From assembly GCA_043228905.1 (NCBI GenBank), contig JBHGNT010000013.1, positions 15,686,001 through 15,750,000 on the forward strand: a stretch of DNA of 64,000 bases, read 5' to 3'. The DNA is from Azolla caroliniana (Eukaryota > Plantae > Polypodiophyta). Under the pieces are notes generated by a model that ran no database searches, was not told where the DNA came from, and saw nothing but the letters and a program-made list of their open reading frames with translations. This document shows, piece after piece, positions 12,201-29,600 of this stretch; positions within the stretch are counted from its first letter, which is position 1, and each line of letters begins with the position of its first letter. A program made the position numbers and the translations under genes.

Positions 12201-12859
12201 GATTGTTATATCACCGATTCACCTATGAGAGCCAAGATGTATCTACGACGAGAAGTACAAATGGTCTCTTTTTTAGATCCAAGGATCAAAACCATCTCCT
12301 TTATGTTGGAACACATAAGAATGTAGTGAATGCGATAGCATTGATTGGTGTAGATCAAAGGCAAATTGTGAGTAATGACCTTACGTGATCTAAATAGGGT
12401 CAATACTAGTCCTCATGATGTAAGGGGACACCAACATACCATAGGATTTATCAAAAATTTATTGATTCCCAATTATTATGGTTGATACAAAGAAATACCA
12501 TAGAAACTATCTTTTTTAGCATCGACGTGTGTCAACCTTACAAAATGTAGCATATATGTAGACCTTAAAGAGGTTCAATTCAAAAAATGATTTAAATACG
12601 AAGTAAAACTTCAAATATTTGATGTTCCCAACCCACTTGCCTAACAATACATCATTATTCCCTAATACCATGGTATACACTCTATATCGTCATGCACACC
12701 TGTTGTAGACTTCAAATAGAGCATTTGTTACCCAAATTCTCCACCGTAATTGTAAGCTCCCTTAAAATATTATGTACACTATGTTCTATATTTTAAATAG
12801 AGCATGTGTATTATGTAAGCCTCAATTTAAAAAAGAAGTATTTTATTGTTATACATACT

Positions 12860-13250
12860 ACTAATCCCTTACCATGCATATTTGTCACTCTCGCAAACAA
12901 AATGTGAATCAGCAAGTATGCAATATTCTCAAAATTGGTTTCTAAGAGTGTTATTATGCTCGTAATTTAGGTCACAAACAAAAATCATTCACTGATTTCC
13001 ACAAAAATTATTTCCTTACAGAAATATCTAAGAGGGGTATTCTAACCCACAAGGAGAAAAAATGAGGTAGCCCCTTTTGGACATAATGCCCGCTTCTCAT
13101 GTCATGAATATTATATTGCCACACTAGTAATCACTTACCATGGGTATTGTCACTCTCACAAAGAAAATGTGAATGAGCAAGTATGCAATATTCTCAACAT
13201 TGGTTTCTAAGAGCATAAAGAATTTATTATGCTTTTAATTTGGGTCACAT
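12860..13250 (+). repeat. Local duplication of about 120 bp
   Basis: CTTACCATG...TTGTCACTCTC...AAAATGTGAAT.AGCAAGTATGCAATATTCTCAA...TTGGTTTCTAAGAG occurs at about 12868-12980 and 13134-13250. Confidence 0.8.
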
Positions 13251-13800
13251 AAAATAGAGGTTGTGCGTTTTCCCAAAATCTTCTAAATTGTAAGCCCCCC
13301 TAAGAATTCAAGTATTATACTGCTATACCCTGTTATAGCAAGTACATTGGTTTCTAAGGTTATAAGAGTGTTTTAACATTGGTTTCTAATAACATTGGTT
13401 TGTATATTCTTTTAATTTAGGTCTAGGGTAAATCACATGGATATTGTAGAAAACACTTAAGAAAAACGCAAGTATCAATATGAGGTCCTATCAATATGAA
13501 GTCCTATAAGCTCATAAGAGTTTCAAAAACGAATCACGCTTCAAAAAAATAAAAAAACTAGCAGTGACAAACGATAGAGTAAAGCATGAGGATAAATAAA
13601 TCACTGCCTTCAAGATTCTATCAAATATGTGAAGGAAGCCAATCAAACTCTTATTAAGAACACAAAGAAACTCTTCCAACCAAAATTTGCAAAATCTTTA
13701 TTTAAATTCAACAAAGTACCATAATGATTATGACAACATTATTTACCACACTGTAATGATGGCATCTATCATGATCATTATTACGACAATGTTATGTTCT

Positions 13801-17273
<3,473 letters not shown>

Positions 17274-17526
17274 GTTTAATAATTGATTTAATCAACCAAT
17301 TAATTAAGGGTATTCTTCTTGTTTAATGAGCCCTTGGCCTCTAATAGATTTAATATATTCTTAATCGATCAAATATATTAATACAACTACAACCGATTCT
17401 ATTAATTACTAAGTCTGGATACTTAAAAAGTCTATAATTATGTGGAGTGGATGCATGCGATTAGAGTGATTTTTTCTTTAATTTACAGCTCGCCTTTTTA
17501 AGTAGAGTTCCCAATAATTTATAGAA

Positions 17527-17596
17527 GGGGGGGGGGGGGGGGGGAGGGGGGCAGGGTTTCATGTGCTGATGCTACGTGGACGGAGGAGAAAAACCA
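17527..17596 (-). promoter_or_regulatory. ADH upstream region: G-tract, G-box-like TACGTGG and ARE-like AAACCA
   Basis: G-rich run at 17527-17551, GCAGGGTTTC at 17551, TACGTGG at 17573-17579 and AAACCA at 17591-17596, 250-320 bp upstream of the ATG. Confidence 0.4.
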
Positions 17597-18853
17597 AATT
17601 TATTTATTTATTTATTTATTTATCATTTTTACTTTAAATGTTTTCCTCCAGTAGTAAGTACATACATACATACATACATTTCTTTACATATTTTATTTAT
17701 TCATATATTTATGCTATGCTATTTACTTATTTAGTTTACTCATTCTATTTTTTTTTATGTCATTATCTCATCGGTAGCCTCTCCCCCATTTGGAAGAAGA
17801 TATTTTGTAAGCCACTTTTTTTTGAGCCCACGGTTTCAGACCTTTCATTGAATCCATTTGCTCTCTCTCTCTCTCTCAACTACCTTCCCAGTTTATACTC
17901 TTGTCCATTCACACCTGGCCCACCATCTAGTTGACAAATGGTAAACAAACTTTTTCCCATGGAGATCCTTATCTTGCTTCCTCTTCATCTCCTCGCCCCC
18001 ACCTTCCTCACCGTGAGGAGGAGATTCGCAAAAATATAAAGACCCCGCCAATCCAATTGTATATTACGATATCTATCGTATACATAACATCGAATGTGCA
18101 TTTGTACCGGATGTGTCATGGTGCATACAGTGCACACAAGGTGACACATGCATTCGGATCGAGCCAGGTCATCACAAGAAGAGAATGAAAAAGAGTGCCT
18201 ACATCGTTTTTTCTTCACCTAGATCACTTAATGGCAAGTATATTTGCCCCGCAACCTCTTAGTGCTAGAAATCTACCGGTCATTTACACTTTACACTTGA
18301 TATCATGAAAGCCTTGCAAATCTTCTCATATTTTGGGATTTGTCAAGCCGTAACCTCTACATGAATGTGTATGTTTAACGAGGAATTATAATAATGAATG
18401 GGATAAGTATTAAACCAACTTTTCAAGATATTGTTACTACTAGGTAGTTGTCTTCTAGGCTTTTGGATCCAAGTTAAATCAAGGGTCAATCCAATATTAT
18501 TTTGTACCCATGGGCCATTGAGCAAATATAGGTTGTCGGGATTTGTAGATGAATAATGATATTTGAAAGGACATATTGGGAGTGTCCACCCAAAGCATTC
18601 GTGGTGTTGTTTCGAGGGACAGAGGTTGTGAAAACAAAAAAGACGCAAGCATAGTTATCATGTATTGTTTAATGTTAAAGTGTAAAGAAGAAGACCAGGG
18701 TAAAAAAGGAGAACATGAAGGCTTTTTCCATAGTTCTCAAACATAAACGAGATCAAATAAGACCATACATACTCTAAATCCACTAATGTAGAATGGAAAA
18801 GCTTATCCCAATGAATATTCCCCATTTGTGTTAGACCCCACTCTATTCCAATG

Positions 18854-20877
18854 TAGTGTTGCCTTTTGACGACCGTTTTGACCGTTTTTTGCCAAATTTA
18901 ACCATATATGAAGGTTAATTTTAAAATGAAACCATCAATCTTGACGGGCATATATTTTATAAAAACGTAAAAATGAAGGTTTAAATTTTGTTAATACCGT
19001 CAAATTTTTGCTAAGTCCAAAACAATTGTACGTGTATTAGTAGTTACAAATTACAATTCATAGGCTATAGCATATAGTATAGGCTATCGCTACATACCAA
19101 GAATTATGTGATTTGGGTGTGCTACTAGAGGTGCCTAATATGCCTAAGTTGGGAAATATCTTCTAGAAATTCAAAGCTCAAACCTAATAAATTCCCCATC
19201 TACTCTTTGATGCTAGATGAAAGTATTGACAATGGATTAAAGTTGCACCTTGCTGTGTATATATTACATACTTACAATGTGGTGGTTGTGGGCCTAAGGA
19301 AATTGAATATATGGGTTTGTGGAAAATTCCCAATGGTAAAGACTATATATGAACATATATTAAACATATTAGGCGATCGATGCCTCAACATGAACAAGTT
19401 GATTAGATTAGCAACTGATGGTGCGTCATCAATAATTGGTAGTGAAATTGGAACAATAACATTAATAAAAAATGGTATCCCAAAATTGGTTGGCGTACAT
19501 TGTATTGCTCCTAGTGAAGCATTGGTTATTTTAGATGTATCTAGAGATATTCGTGAGCTCATTCTTGTAGAAAAAATTGCAAATAAGGTATATGCATGGG
19601 CTAACAATAGTACCAAGCACATGAAATTTGAGAGCTCTTAGAGCAAATGCAATTGGATGCTCATAAACCCTTACAATTTCATAATATTTGTTGGTTGTCA
19701 TGTGGTTAAGTCATGGAAAGACTAGTGAGTATAATGCTTGCAATACTTACTATTTGGAAGAAAGAGAACTTAAAAGAGTGGTATAATAAAGCTTGTATCT
19801 ATAGTGTACAATTTTGCTTTTGTATGATGGCTGATGTGTTCCATTTGATGAATATTTTGAGCTTGAAACTTCAAAAAGAGAATTTGGATGTAACTTCAAC
19901 TGGTGCAGAAATTGATATTACTGTTTCTAATTTGCGGAGGTCTTTCTTGAGAAATGACACATTTGCGGATGGAGCAATGTATTTATCCAAATTCTTAAGA
20001 TGTTCTAAAGTTGGGTTTTTTGAAATAGAGGATAAAGATGGCATTACATATAGATATGAACTATACTTCAAACAAATTCCCATGGATAAAGCAAGTCACA
20101 ATGATAAGAATCTCAATATTGAAAAATCTAAGGGAATGACGCCATTTATAGATGGATCACTTGAAAGTTGTATTAAACTATCTCAAAATTATGTGCAAAA
20201 GATTATTGATGGACTAAATGCAAGGTTCCCTGATTTAAGTTTAAGCCTCTTCAATGCAACAAAATTATTCAGCCCATGCCATTATGCAGAGGATGATGTG
20301 ATTAGGGATAGTAAAACAAAGACATGGTTGGGATTTTTTATTTCTCACTTACAACCAAATGTTGATGTCAATGCATGGCTTCAAAATTTACATGATGCAA
20401 AGGCTTGTGAAATGGAACTCTATAGAGTTGTTGATACTTTACGTTTAAATTGTGAACGTTATACTATGTGTGAAGCTTGGCGTATGTTTTGCAAAATGAA
20501 GGATTGGCAAGATAGTTTCCCTCATTTGATGAAATTATGGCACGCTACTTTGTTTATTCCATCTAACATAGTTTCGTGTGAGAGAGGGTTCTCTAAGCAA
20601 AATCTCATCAAAGAGATGAAAAAAAATCGATTGAATATAGAACATTTAGATGATTTAATGTGAGTCTTATTGAATGGGCCACACATTGAAGAAATACAAT
20701 GAGATCGTGTATATGAAATTTGGAAAGATGCAAAGGATAGAAGGGTTGTTTAGTACGAATATTCGATGTATTTACTTTTTGAAGGGCAATTTTTTTGACA
20801 AACCGTCATTTGACGAGCAATATTTTTGGAATACCGTTCTCATGACATGCAATGTTAGCCGTCAAAAGGCAACACTG
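18854..20877 (+). mobile_element. hAT-superfamily DNA transposon, internally deleted and decayed
   Basis: TIRs TAGTGTTGCCTTTTGACGAC (18854) and GCCGTCAAAAGGCAACACTG (ends 20877), with subterminal GACCGT/ACCGTC motifs. No clean 8-bp TSD is visible. Confidence 0.9.
19100..20750 (+). pseudogene. hAT transposase pseudogene (ZNF862/ZMYM-like)
   Basis: Broken ORFs 19207-19641 (MLDESID, LATDGASSIIG, GVHCIA) and 19713-20663 (hAT dimerisation motif IPSNIVSCERGFSKQNLIK...NRLNIEHLDDLM). They are separated by a frameshift or stop, and the N-terminus is missing. Confidence 0.88.
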
Positions 20878-21680
20878 TGAATCCAACGAATGCAAGTTTC
20901 TTCCAAATTCCAATATTGAATTTATTTTGTAGAGAATGGACAACATAATGTAGTGCCATCATACTTCCAGATACAAAACTTAAGAGCATTTGCACCTTAA
21001 AAATGTGTCAAGACTCTATAAATGCTTAAGAGCCTATATATTCTGTACAACACTAGAGTCTAATATTCCTTGCTTGTTGTGATAGTTAACAAGTTGTTAC
21101 TATATGACAATTATACTTAACATGTATGGTTAACTAATAGTGCTCGACATAGAATTAAATCTAGATATTGATCAAAACGATGACGATTGTTTGAAAGACG
21201 TATGTGTCTTCTTTTCTCGACCAATAATTTCGAAGTTTATTTAGCTTCAATATTCTCCCGTTGGACAATATGTTAAAATGCTAGACAAATGGGTACATGC
21301 GCGAATAATTGTGAATGTGTATGTTGCAACGATAAACGTTGTTGGCATGAATAACCGATAAGAGTCTTTTGCCGTGCAATTGGATTTGATCAAACTACTG
21401 TAATAATCGATGCATCGTTGATCAATTGATTACAGTCGGGGGGATGAATTGGCGTAGTTCCATTAGTTCAATTCGATAGTATGGAAAACATAGTTTAGCT
21501 AGGGGGTAATATAACATGAACATTTTTATCATTTCTCTTAGTTTTCCTGATTTTGTGTGCATCTGTGTGTGTCCGGTTCGATCTCGTCCGAAGAGTTGTC
21601 CCCTCTGCGGCTACGCCTTCTTCGATTCTTCCTGCACACATTCCAGCGCGGAAATCATGTGCTGAAAACTCGTTGATTCT

Positions 21681-21742
21681 CCCACAGACGAGAAATTTGA
21701 TGCTAGGTCTTCATCCCACAGTCTGTACAATTCTTGATCAGG

Positions 21743-21777
<35 letters not shown>

Positions 21778-21900
21778 TTCTGCCTTACTATTATTTTTTG
21801 TACAATTTGATCTTCATCCCAGAGACGAGAAATTTGATGCTAGATTTTCATCCCACAGTCTGTACAATTCTTGATCAGGTGGAGAGAGAGAGAGAGAGAG
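21681..21900 (+). repeat. 137-bp-period duplication with (GA)n in the 5' leader
   Basis: CCCA.AGACGAGAAATTTGATGCTAG...CTTGATCAGGTGGAGAGAG occurs at 21681 and 21818. Confidence 0.85.
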
Positions 21901-22011
21901 ATTTCATCCATTTCACAAACCTTTTTCTGAGAGAGAGAGAGAGAGAGATTTTCTCTGTCTTACAAGCATTTCCTTTTTTCTTTTTCTAGGCTATACATAT
22001 AGACTAGAGAG

Positions 22012-23620
22012 ATGTCATCCCCGGATCTGAACTGCATCAGAAGGATTTCAACCAGCGATGGAGACAAGAAGAGAAGAAGAGACAGACACGATCACAAACG
22101 GAAGAAAGAGGAAAAGGACGATGTCTCAAGAAAGAAGCACAAAACAAGGCATATGAAAGGTAAGGATAATCACCATCACCATAAGTCATCGGCTAAGAAG
22201 AAAACGAAGAAACGTGTCAGTAAAAGAAAGCACGATACGAGTTCTGATAGTAGTAGTAACACTAGTTCTAGTTCTAGCTTCACGAGCACAGAGAGAAGTA
22301 GGCACCATGTCCGTAAAAGACATAATCATAGTCGAAGTCAAAGTGGTAAGAGACGTAACAGAGAGGGTGAGGAAAGGCATTTTAAATCAGATGTAAAAGA
22401 TTGTTACGAAAGATCAGAGGATTGTGAACTTCCAAACTCCCATTTGGAGGGGCCGAAACTAGAGAAAATTGTATCAAACATTTGTCATGAGAAATCAGAA
22501 TCCAGGTCAGAGTTAGTGTCTCATGCAAGGGATGATGAGAACGATGACCACAAAGACTTGATGCATGAAACAATGGATCAGGAAGAGAATTTGATCGGGA
22601 AGAAAGATTTGAGCTTGGAAGTGGAGTTGCGCCAGAAAGCCTTAGCTAATTTCATGAAACATCAAATCAAAATGGATGATCATAAAGGAAGAAGTGTCTC
22701 TTCGTCACATTTTAATAGTGCAAATTGCTCTATTGAAACAATAAATTCCATCGTAAATACTGACACTATTAACACGAATGAAAGGTCTTACATGGATGCT
22801 GATCATAATTCGGTTCCCTTGGCATCCAATAAAATGTTTGTTAAAACAGATAAAAATGTAGGAAATGAGAAGTGTCTGATTGCTAATGACACAGTTTTTC
22901 CTTTACTTGTAAACAATGTGGTCGATGGGCATATCGAAGAAGGGGAAATAATTAGGGACGTGACTGAAATATATACAGGAAATACTCATTCTACTAGTAC
23001 TTCACTAGAAAAAGATCAATTATCTTATGAGAGAGTGGACGAATTGGACCACAAAGGTTGCAGAGAGGAACATAAATTAAAAATCTCTAGTAATTTACAG
23101 GAAGAGGGATTGGCCGTCAACATGGAAATGAAGCCCATGGGTTCTCTTTCAAGGAGTTTGATTGACAATGCTGATTTGCAGCATGAGCAAAATGATGTAG
23201 TAAAACATAATGAACTCAAAGGATCGCAAACTGCTGCTCATGGTCTTCAAGAGAAGATCATGGGAATGATCCCTTCACATGAAGGTGAGAATGCTACTAT
23301 GCCAATTGAGAAAAACTCAAAACTTTCTCCGATGGATGGTTCTCAAGTGCTGACTGATGAACATGAGAGTAGCAACGGGTTTCAGCAGAAAACTATGACT
23401 GTTATGAAAGGAGGAGAAATGGTGCAGGTATGTCTTCCATGTCCTACTTATGCAAATCATTTACAAACTATAGTTTTTTCCTCTTGTAGATTTGAGGCAT
23501 GAAATATAGAGTGTTTGTTCTATATGCCCCATTTGTTTTGCTTTTCTTTTCCAGGTAAGTTACAAAGTATATATCCCAAAAAGAGCTGCTGAACTTGCGA
23601 GGCGAAGAATACAACGCTGA
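22012..23620 (+). CDS. Uncharacterised Lys/Arg/Ser-rich, probably nuclear plant protein (At5g53930-like C-terminus), 493 aa
   Basis: Exons 22012-23427 and 23555-23620 (GT-AG). Motifs LEVELRQKALANF and FQQKTMTVMKGGEMVQVSYKVYIPKRAAELARRRIQR resemble a conserved plant protein C-terminus. The homolog name is from memory. Confidence 0.85.
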
Positions 23621-23737
23621 TCATCGTAATTATCTTAGCAATGAAAAAACTTTATAACAGATGAAACAATTTCTATTTGTATTTCACTTGTTCTGCATTT
23701 CACTACCAGGAGCTTTTTGCTGTGTATTATGCAGTTC

Positions 23738-24230
23738 GATTTTTGAGAGGTGCATTTGGTAAATATATTGAGCCTAAGCTATACAATTAGAGCCATGTCT
23801 TATCTGTCCATTGTAGAATATTATTGTGATTTTATCTGTCGCTCTTTATATCTTTTATTCTAGCAGATTAATTCTATAGGTCAGTCATGTTTGCACATTG
23901 CTAAATAGCAATGTGACCTCGGAAATCCTATGATGTATAGGCTCAATCAGATCTTTGATATATCTTATGTGAATATTGCACTAGATTTTTGAGAGGTGCA
24001 TTTGGTAAATATATTGAGCCTAAGCTATACAATTAGAGCCATGTCTTATCTGTCCATTGTATAATATTATTGTGATTTTATCTGTCGCTCTTTATATCTT
24101 TTATTCTAGCAGATTAATTCTATAGGTCAGTCATGTTTACACATTGCTAAATAGCAATGTGACCTCTGGAATCCTATGATGTATAGGCTCAATCAGATCT
24201 TTGATATATCTTATGTGAATAGTGCACTAG
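23738..24230 (+). repeat. Near-identical tandem duplication, 246-bp unit
   Basis: GATTTTTGAGAGGTGCATTTGG starts at 23738 and 23984, with only a few substitutions between copies. Confidence 0.95.
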
Positions 24231-25196
24231 CCTTTCTGTGTCTATTTTGATCCGCTAATTAATTTGCCCCCAAGTATGGATCATGTAAAAATAATTTGAA
24301 ATTATGAAAATGGTTGCATGCTACGCATTAGTTTTATCTTTCCTTTTGCACTCTCTGGAACTGCAGAAGATTTTACAGTTAGTGCTCAAATACTACATTA
24401 TATATCTGGATTCTGAAAGATTACATGATCTAAGTTTTTGGATGTTTTTTTCTACAGTTGTAGCACAAAAGTTGCGTAATTATAACGCTTTTTAGATAAT
24501 CAGTTGCTAAGGATTAAAAATGTGTCCATCACATCTATTTTTTTTGTGAGCTTTACTTTGTTAGATGAATGATTATAGCTCAAAACAATTATATGAACAT
24601 AGAGGGATTCTTTGGATTGGCATACAACTAAAGAAAAGCAAGATCTTGAAGACAAAAAAGACATGAATTTTTCTTTGACAAATCTCTAGATGAGCATCAT
24701 GCATAGTTGTAGTCATACATCACAAACCATGTATATGCACAATTAAACTTTTGTTGGCATCAAATATATCCACATGGATAGAGTGTCACTTTTTAGTAGT
24801 CAACGTGAAGTCATTAAGAAGTGTTTGATTATTTAGAAATATATTCAAGGTGTATAATTGTAATTAGACAAAAATGGGAGATGTTCAACATTATATGGGA
24901 AAGAATCCCTCTACCTTGACATTTAGGTTTTTTCCTTCTTTCTTGACATATAGAAGCTAGGTCTCTAGCTTTATAGTTAGTTTGTTAAGACATAATAATG
25001 TTGTGGCTTGGGTTTGTTGAATATGGTAATATAGTGGATGTATTCACATTACCCCATTGGACAAACTAGGTTAGGCTATTCTTATAAATAGCATAAAGGG
25101 CAATTGCCTTAGTTTGGTTAGTATATATAACCACTTTGTAAAGTGGTGGTTGTATTGCCTATCTTTAATAATACAGTTAGGATTGTGTGCCTCTTG

Positions 25197-25233
<37 letters not shown>

Positions 25234-25260
25234 ATTCAAGCTTCCATTTATATTTGTCTT

Positions 25261-25688
25261 TGTATTTCATCACGTACACAAAGTGTACCATTGTTCTAGA
25301 CAAGATTATCACTTTACCCTTTAATCAAAGACGACCAACCTCCAACAGGATTGACAATATTTGATTTCAAGGCGTTTCATGGTAATAGGTGTGTTTCATT
25401 GCCATAACGTTTCTCAGGATCCATATGATGACAAATTACCATTGTTTAATGGATCGTTGTCTAAAAGAAATTCTATCTTGTATATCATCACGTACACAGA
25501 GTGAACCATTGTTCTAGACAAGATTATCACTTTACCCTTTAATCAAAGACGACCAACCTCCAACAGGATTGACAATATATGATTTCAAGACGTTTCATGG
25601 TAATAGGTGTGTTTCATGACCATAACCTTTTATCATGATCCATATGATGACAAATTACCATTGTCTAAAAGAAATTCCATCTTGTATA
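25261..25688 (+). repeat. Tandem duplication, unit about 218 bp
   Basis: TGTAT.TCATCACGTACACA.AGTG.ACCATTGTTCTAGACAAG occurs at 25261 and 25479. Confidence 0.9.
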
Positions 25689-26522
25689 TTAGTTATTCTC
25701 ATTTAAATTTGTCAAATTGGCCTAAAAATTTATCATCCTCTACAAAATCAATTCATATTCCAATGGAGAATGTAACAAGTGATATTCTCATAAGAACCAT
25801 GATGTTGAAGTAACAAAGGTAGGGTATCAAATAACCATATTCCAAACATTTTGCAACACTTTAGTTTGAACAATGTTTTAGTCTTGAGAATGCAACATTC
25901 ATGTGATCATTGTCTACACCAAAGACCAAAGTGCATACAAACCAAAAAATGAATAATATCATTAGATGTTAATAGGTTATGTAAACAATGCACATGACGA
26001 TATTGAATGATGCTTTGGGAAGAGCCCTAAGATTCTATGTTGCTCATATCAATGACATATACACATTGTACACTGACAATTAGCACTCCAATGCTTGATG
26101 ATGGAGGGGGGGAGTTGCCTCCTACATGTTGTGCTACACACACTTAAAACTTTATATTACTCTAGCATTTACACAATAATGAGATGAATGATCCTAGGCC
26201 AATCGGGTGATTGAAGAGCTGAACTATGCATTGAAATAAAAATTTGGGTCCAATGACAAAAACCATGTTCGATTGGAACTTTGGGTCAACAATCTAACAC
26301 CAACATGATCGAGTAAGGATTGAGAGGCATGGGAACAAATCAAACGCACTGAAAACATAGGAATGCCCACATTTGTTATTTTTCAAGAAAAAATACCAAG
26401 GAACCCGATTATGGTACAAATTTGACGCTTCTAAGGGGCAGGGGTAATCCAGTAATATTTTAACGCTGAGGGCAACAACTGTAAATACCCAAATTATATT
26501 ACGGAAGAGACGTTCGTGAGAA

Positions 26523-26556
<34 letters not shown>

Positions 26557-26641
26557 GTATCGAAAACCAATCATTTCTCTCTCCATTCTTCTGTTTTTTT
26601 TCGTAATTTGCCTTCCCTTACACACAGAGAGAGAGAGAGAT

Positions 26642-29600
26642 ATGACGAGGGGGAAGCAGAAGATCGAGGCCCAGAAGAAGAACGCGGAGCGCAATCAGAA
26701 GAGTAAAGGTTCACAGTTGGATGCTCGTGCAGCTGCTCTCAAGACTGTTTGTCCTGTTTGCAAGGTACATGATCTTCTCTACCCTTTTTTGTTTGTCGTT
26801 TTCGTCATCCGTTAATTCCTTATCATCGGAGAGCAGAAACTTCTCTTTGTGATAGATTGGTCTCGATCGATGACCATTTTATTTGGAACAATTATTTTCT
26901 TTTTAACTTCTTGACTTCCTCTACGCTTCATTCTGGTATACGAAGATCAAGATTGGTGTGTTGGTATAGATTTGTGATGCAAATATTTAATTTCTTGTGA
27001 ATGTTTTATTGATGTGTTTTTGGTTGATGCACTGCTTAATCCGCAGGCTTGATTTGCATAGGCTTTCAGCTACTTATGCTTCAATTCTGTTGATTTTCTT
27101 GCACGCTAAAATTTTGCACAAAGCACAGGTATAGCAGGAGGTTTAGTATTGTGATTGTATTTAGTAATTTCCTTCAAAAGAGAGTTTTTTTTGCATATTT
27201 TAATGTTAGTCGAACACAAGGGTTTTCAAACTGCATCAAGAACTGTGTCTCCTTTAGGGTGGATGATTTTAGCTTTTGAATCCAGCAATTCTAGGTTATA
27301 ACGTGTTCCCAGGTTGCATTCTTCTTGTTGATGTTGTTGTCCATGCATAGTTACCTTAGCTCTCAAATTTCTGTTACATAAGCATGTTTTTTACCTTAGA
27401 ACTCATATTTCTATCATATAAACATACTTTCTACCTTAGATCTCACATTTCCTTTCTTATGTAATATGTATGGCTGTAAAAACCAAATCTCTCAAAGCAC
27501 TTCAATTGGTTTGCATTAATAGGACTTTGAATATAGTTTCAGGCTTTGCATGATTTTACCATTGCACAATCGTCTACCCTTACTTGGTTATAAAGTTTAG
27601 GAGTACAATATGCTTTCAACTTATTTGCTTAGTTTTGGATTCTCAATTACTTTTCTAGCTGTATCTATTTTTTTAGTTGTGAATTCAGAGATAGTAAGAG
27701 GAAACCTCTTTGTTGGTTTAGTGGCCTAGTTGCCAAGGAATCTGGGGCTTTTTGAAGAAAATCTTTAGTCGTCCCCATCCTTGTCAAGGGACTAGCTGTG
27801 GCCTCTTGAAATCCAATAGGATAAGATCCTCTTACATAACCTTATTTCTCTGTCAATGCAATACCTTCTGTTAACCTTTCAAAGTGTTCATTACTAGACT
27901 TATTTAATGATGAAGAGTTTGCATTCTGTGCATAATAATGGCTGCCACATGCATCCATATCAATTAATGTGGTTACATCTGTGCATGGATGTGTGGTTTT
28001 TGTTAATCAAAGGCTTTTATGAGGAACATATCCTTCTAGAATTTACTGGGTCTATTTTGTAGAAATTATCCACACTGGAGATATTGAGGTCTTCTTTCAT
28101 GGAAGTTGGTAGATTGGACTGAGTATGGTTAGCGATGCTACTCTTGTGGAGACTTACCTCCTGAAACTTTGGAAGATGGAGATGATTACTCACATGCCAA
28201 TGAGAGAGAGATTGTGAAAGAGATTATGAAGGTGATTAAGGAATAGATTAACAAGATTAAGGAAATGAAACTTTAGGAGATGAACTTGATCAAGATTTGT
28301 GCATCATAAAGAGTTTGCTTATGATTGCAAGAAGGTCACAGTGATTGATGATTGATGATTGTAATTGTGATGGAGAACTACACAATATACATCAATAATC
28401 CCAAGCTAGCTTCAACATATTGTATTTGGTATTCATAGCTTGGGGTTGGTTGGACGGGTCGAACCCCCAACATATAAGAGGGTTCTTGTAATTCTGAAAT
28501 GCAGACAATGAGACTTGCAAAACCTCATTGCAGTTATGGATTTACTCCACAATTGATTGGAAGAGGATTATGAACTGCTGCAGTTATGTGTGGGACTGCT
28601 GCATAAAATGCAAGGGGGAATTTGCCTCGACATGAACCTTAGTAATCAAGCAGTCAATAAATGTCATGTTTTCGTTTTTCCATATTTAATACGATGCCAT
28701 TCTTCCATGATAGATACCGCTTTGCATCCAATAATTCTTATTTATCTTCTCTTAAGATGTCCTTAATTATACAGCTATATGCCAATTGGACATCAGTTCA
28801 TGCAACATTAACTTCTATCATTGGATCACATGTACTTCACATGCTCAAAACCATTGTTGAGTCTCACATGAGAAGCAACAATGTAAAGGATAAGGATGCA
28901 TGCGAATCAGTGTAAGCCATCCTGAGATAGAAAGGGGGATCAAGGACTGACAGTGCATGACTTGGCAGTTCTAGCATTGAGATAAGAGGAAGCCAAATGC
29001 CCAGAAACCCTATAGAAACTTGAGCAAGAAAGAGGAAATAAGGAGAGATATTAGAGAGAGAAGCAGGATGTGAAAGGCCACTGAAGTAGCCATAGCATCC
29101 ATAGCTTAGTAATAGGGTAAACTCATCACGGGCATGCCTGTTTGTAAAAAAGAATGGTGTAAATGTCGTATACTCTAATGGTAATGTAGATATGGTGTTG
29201 GAAGGGCCATTATGGCTAACACACTGAGAGGCATAGTAAGAGATTAAGAGGACGAGATATAAAGAGAGAGTTATCCATGGTGAGGAATGATCCCTCAAGG
29301 AAGCATCTTCTGAGCTAAATGGTTGTTGAGATCCGCAGTGGATGCATCCTTGAGGCGGCTCTAGCTTGGTGATGGAGAGGGAACAAGCAAATCAAGCACT
29401 AGAGCAAGAAGACCAAATGATATGAGATTTGGTCTGGGGCTCGTTTTGAGTCACCCTGAGCGCAACCAGATTTAGGCATTGTCTGTTTCACCTGGAACAT
29501 GGCCATGATTTTAATCATGAAGGATTTGAAAATTCACACTTGTTGAAGATAAATAAATAAAAACTCAGCATGCAATGGTAATGCTAACGAGAAAAAAATA

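Noticed and set aside
10200-12700. Short ORFs, possibly TE-derived
   Set aside because: No recognisable domain. Probably decayed repeats, but no family can be supported.
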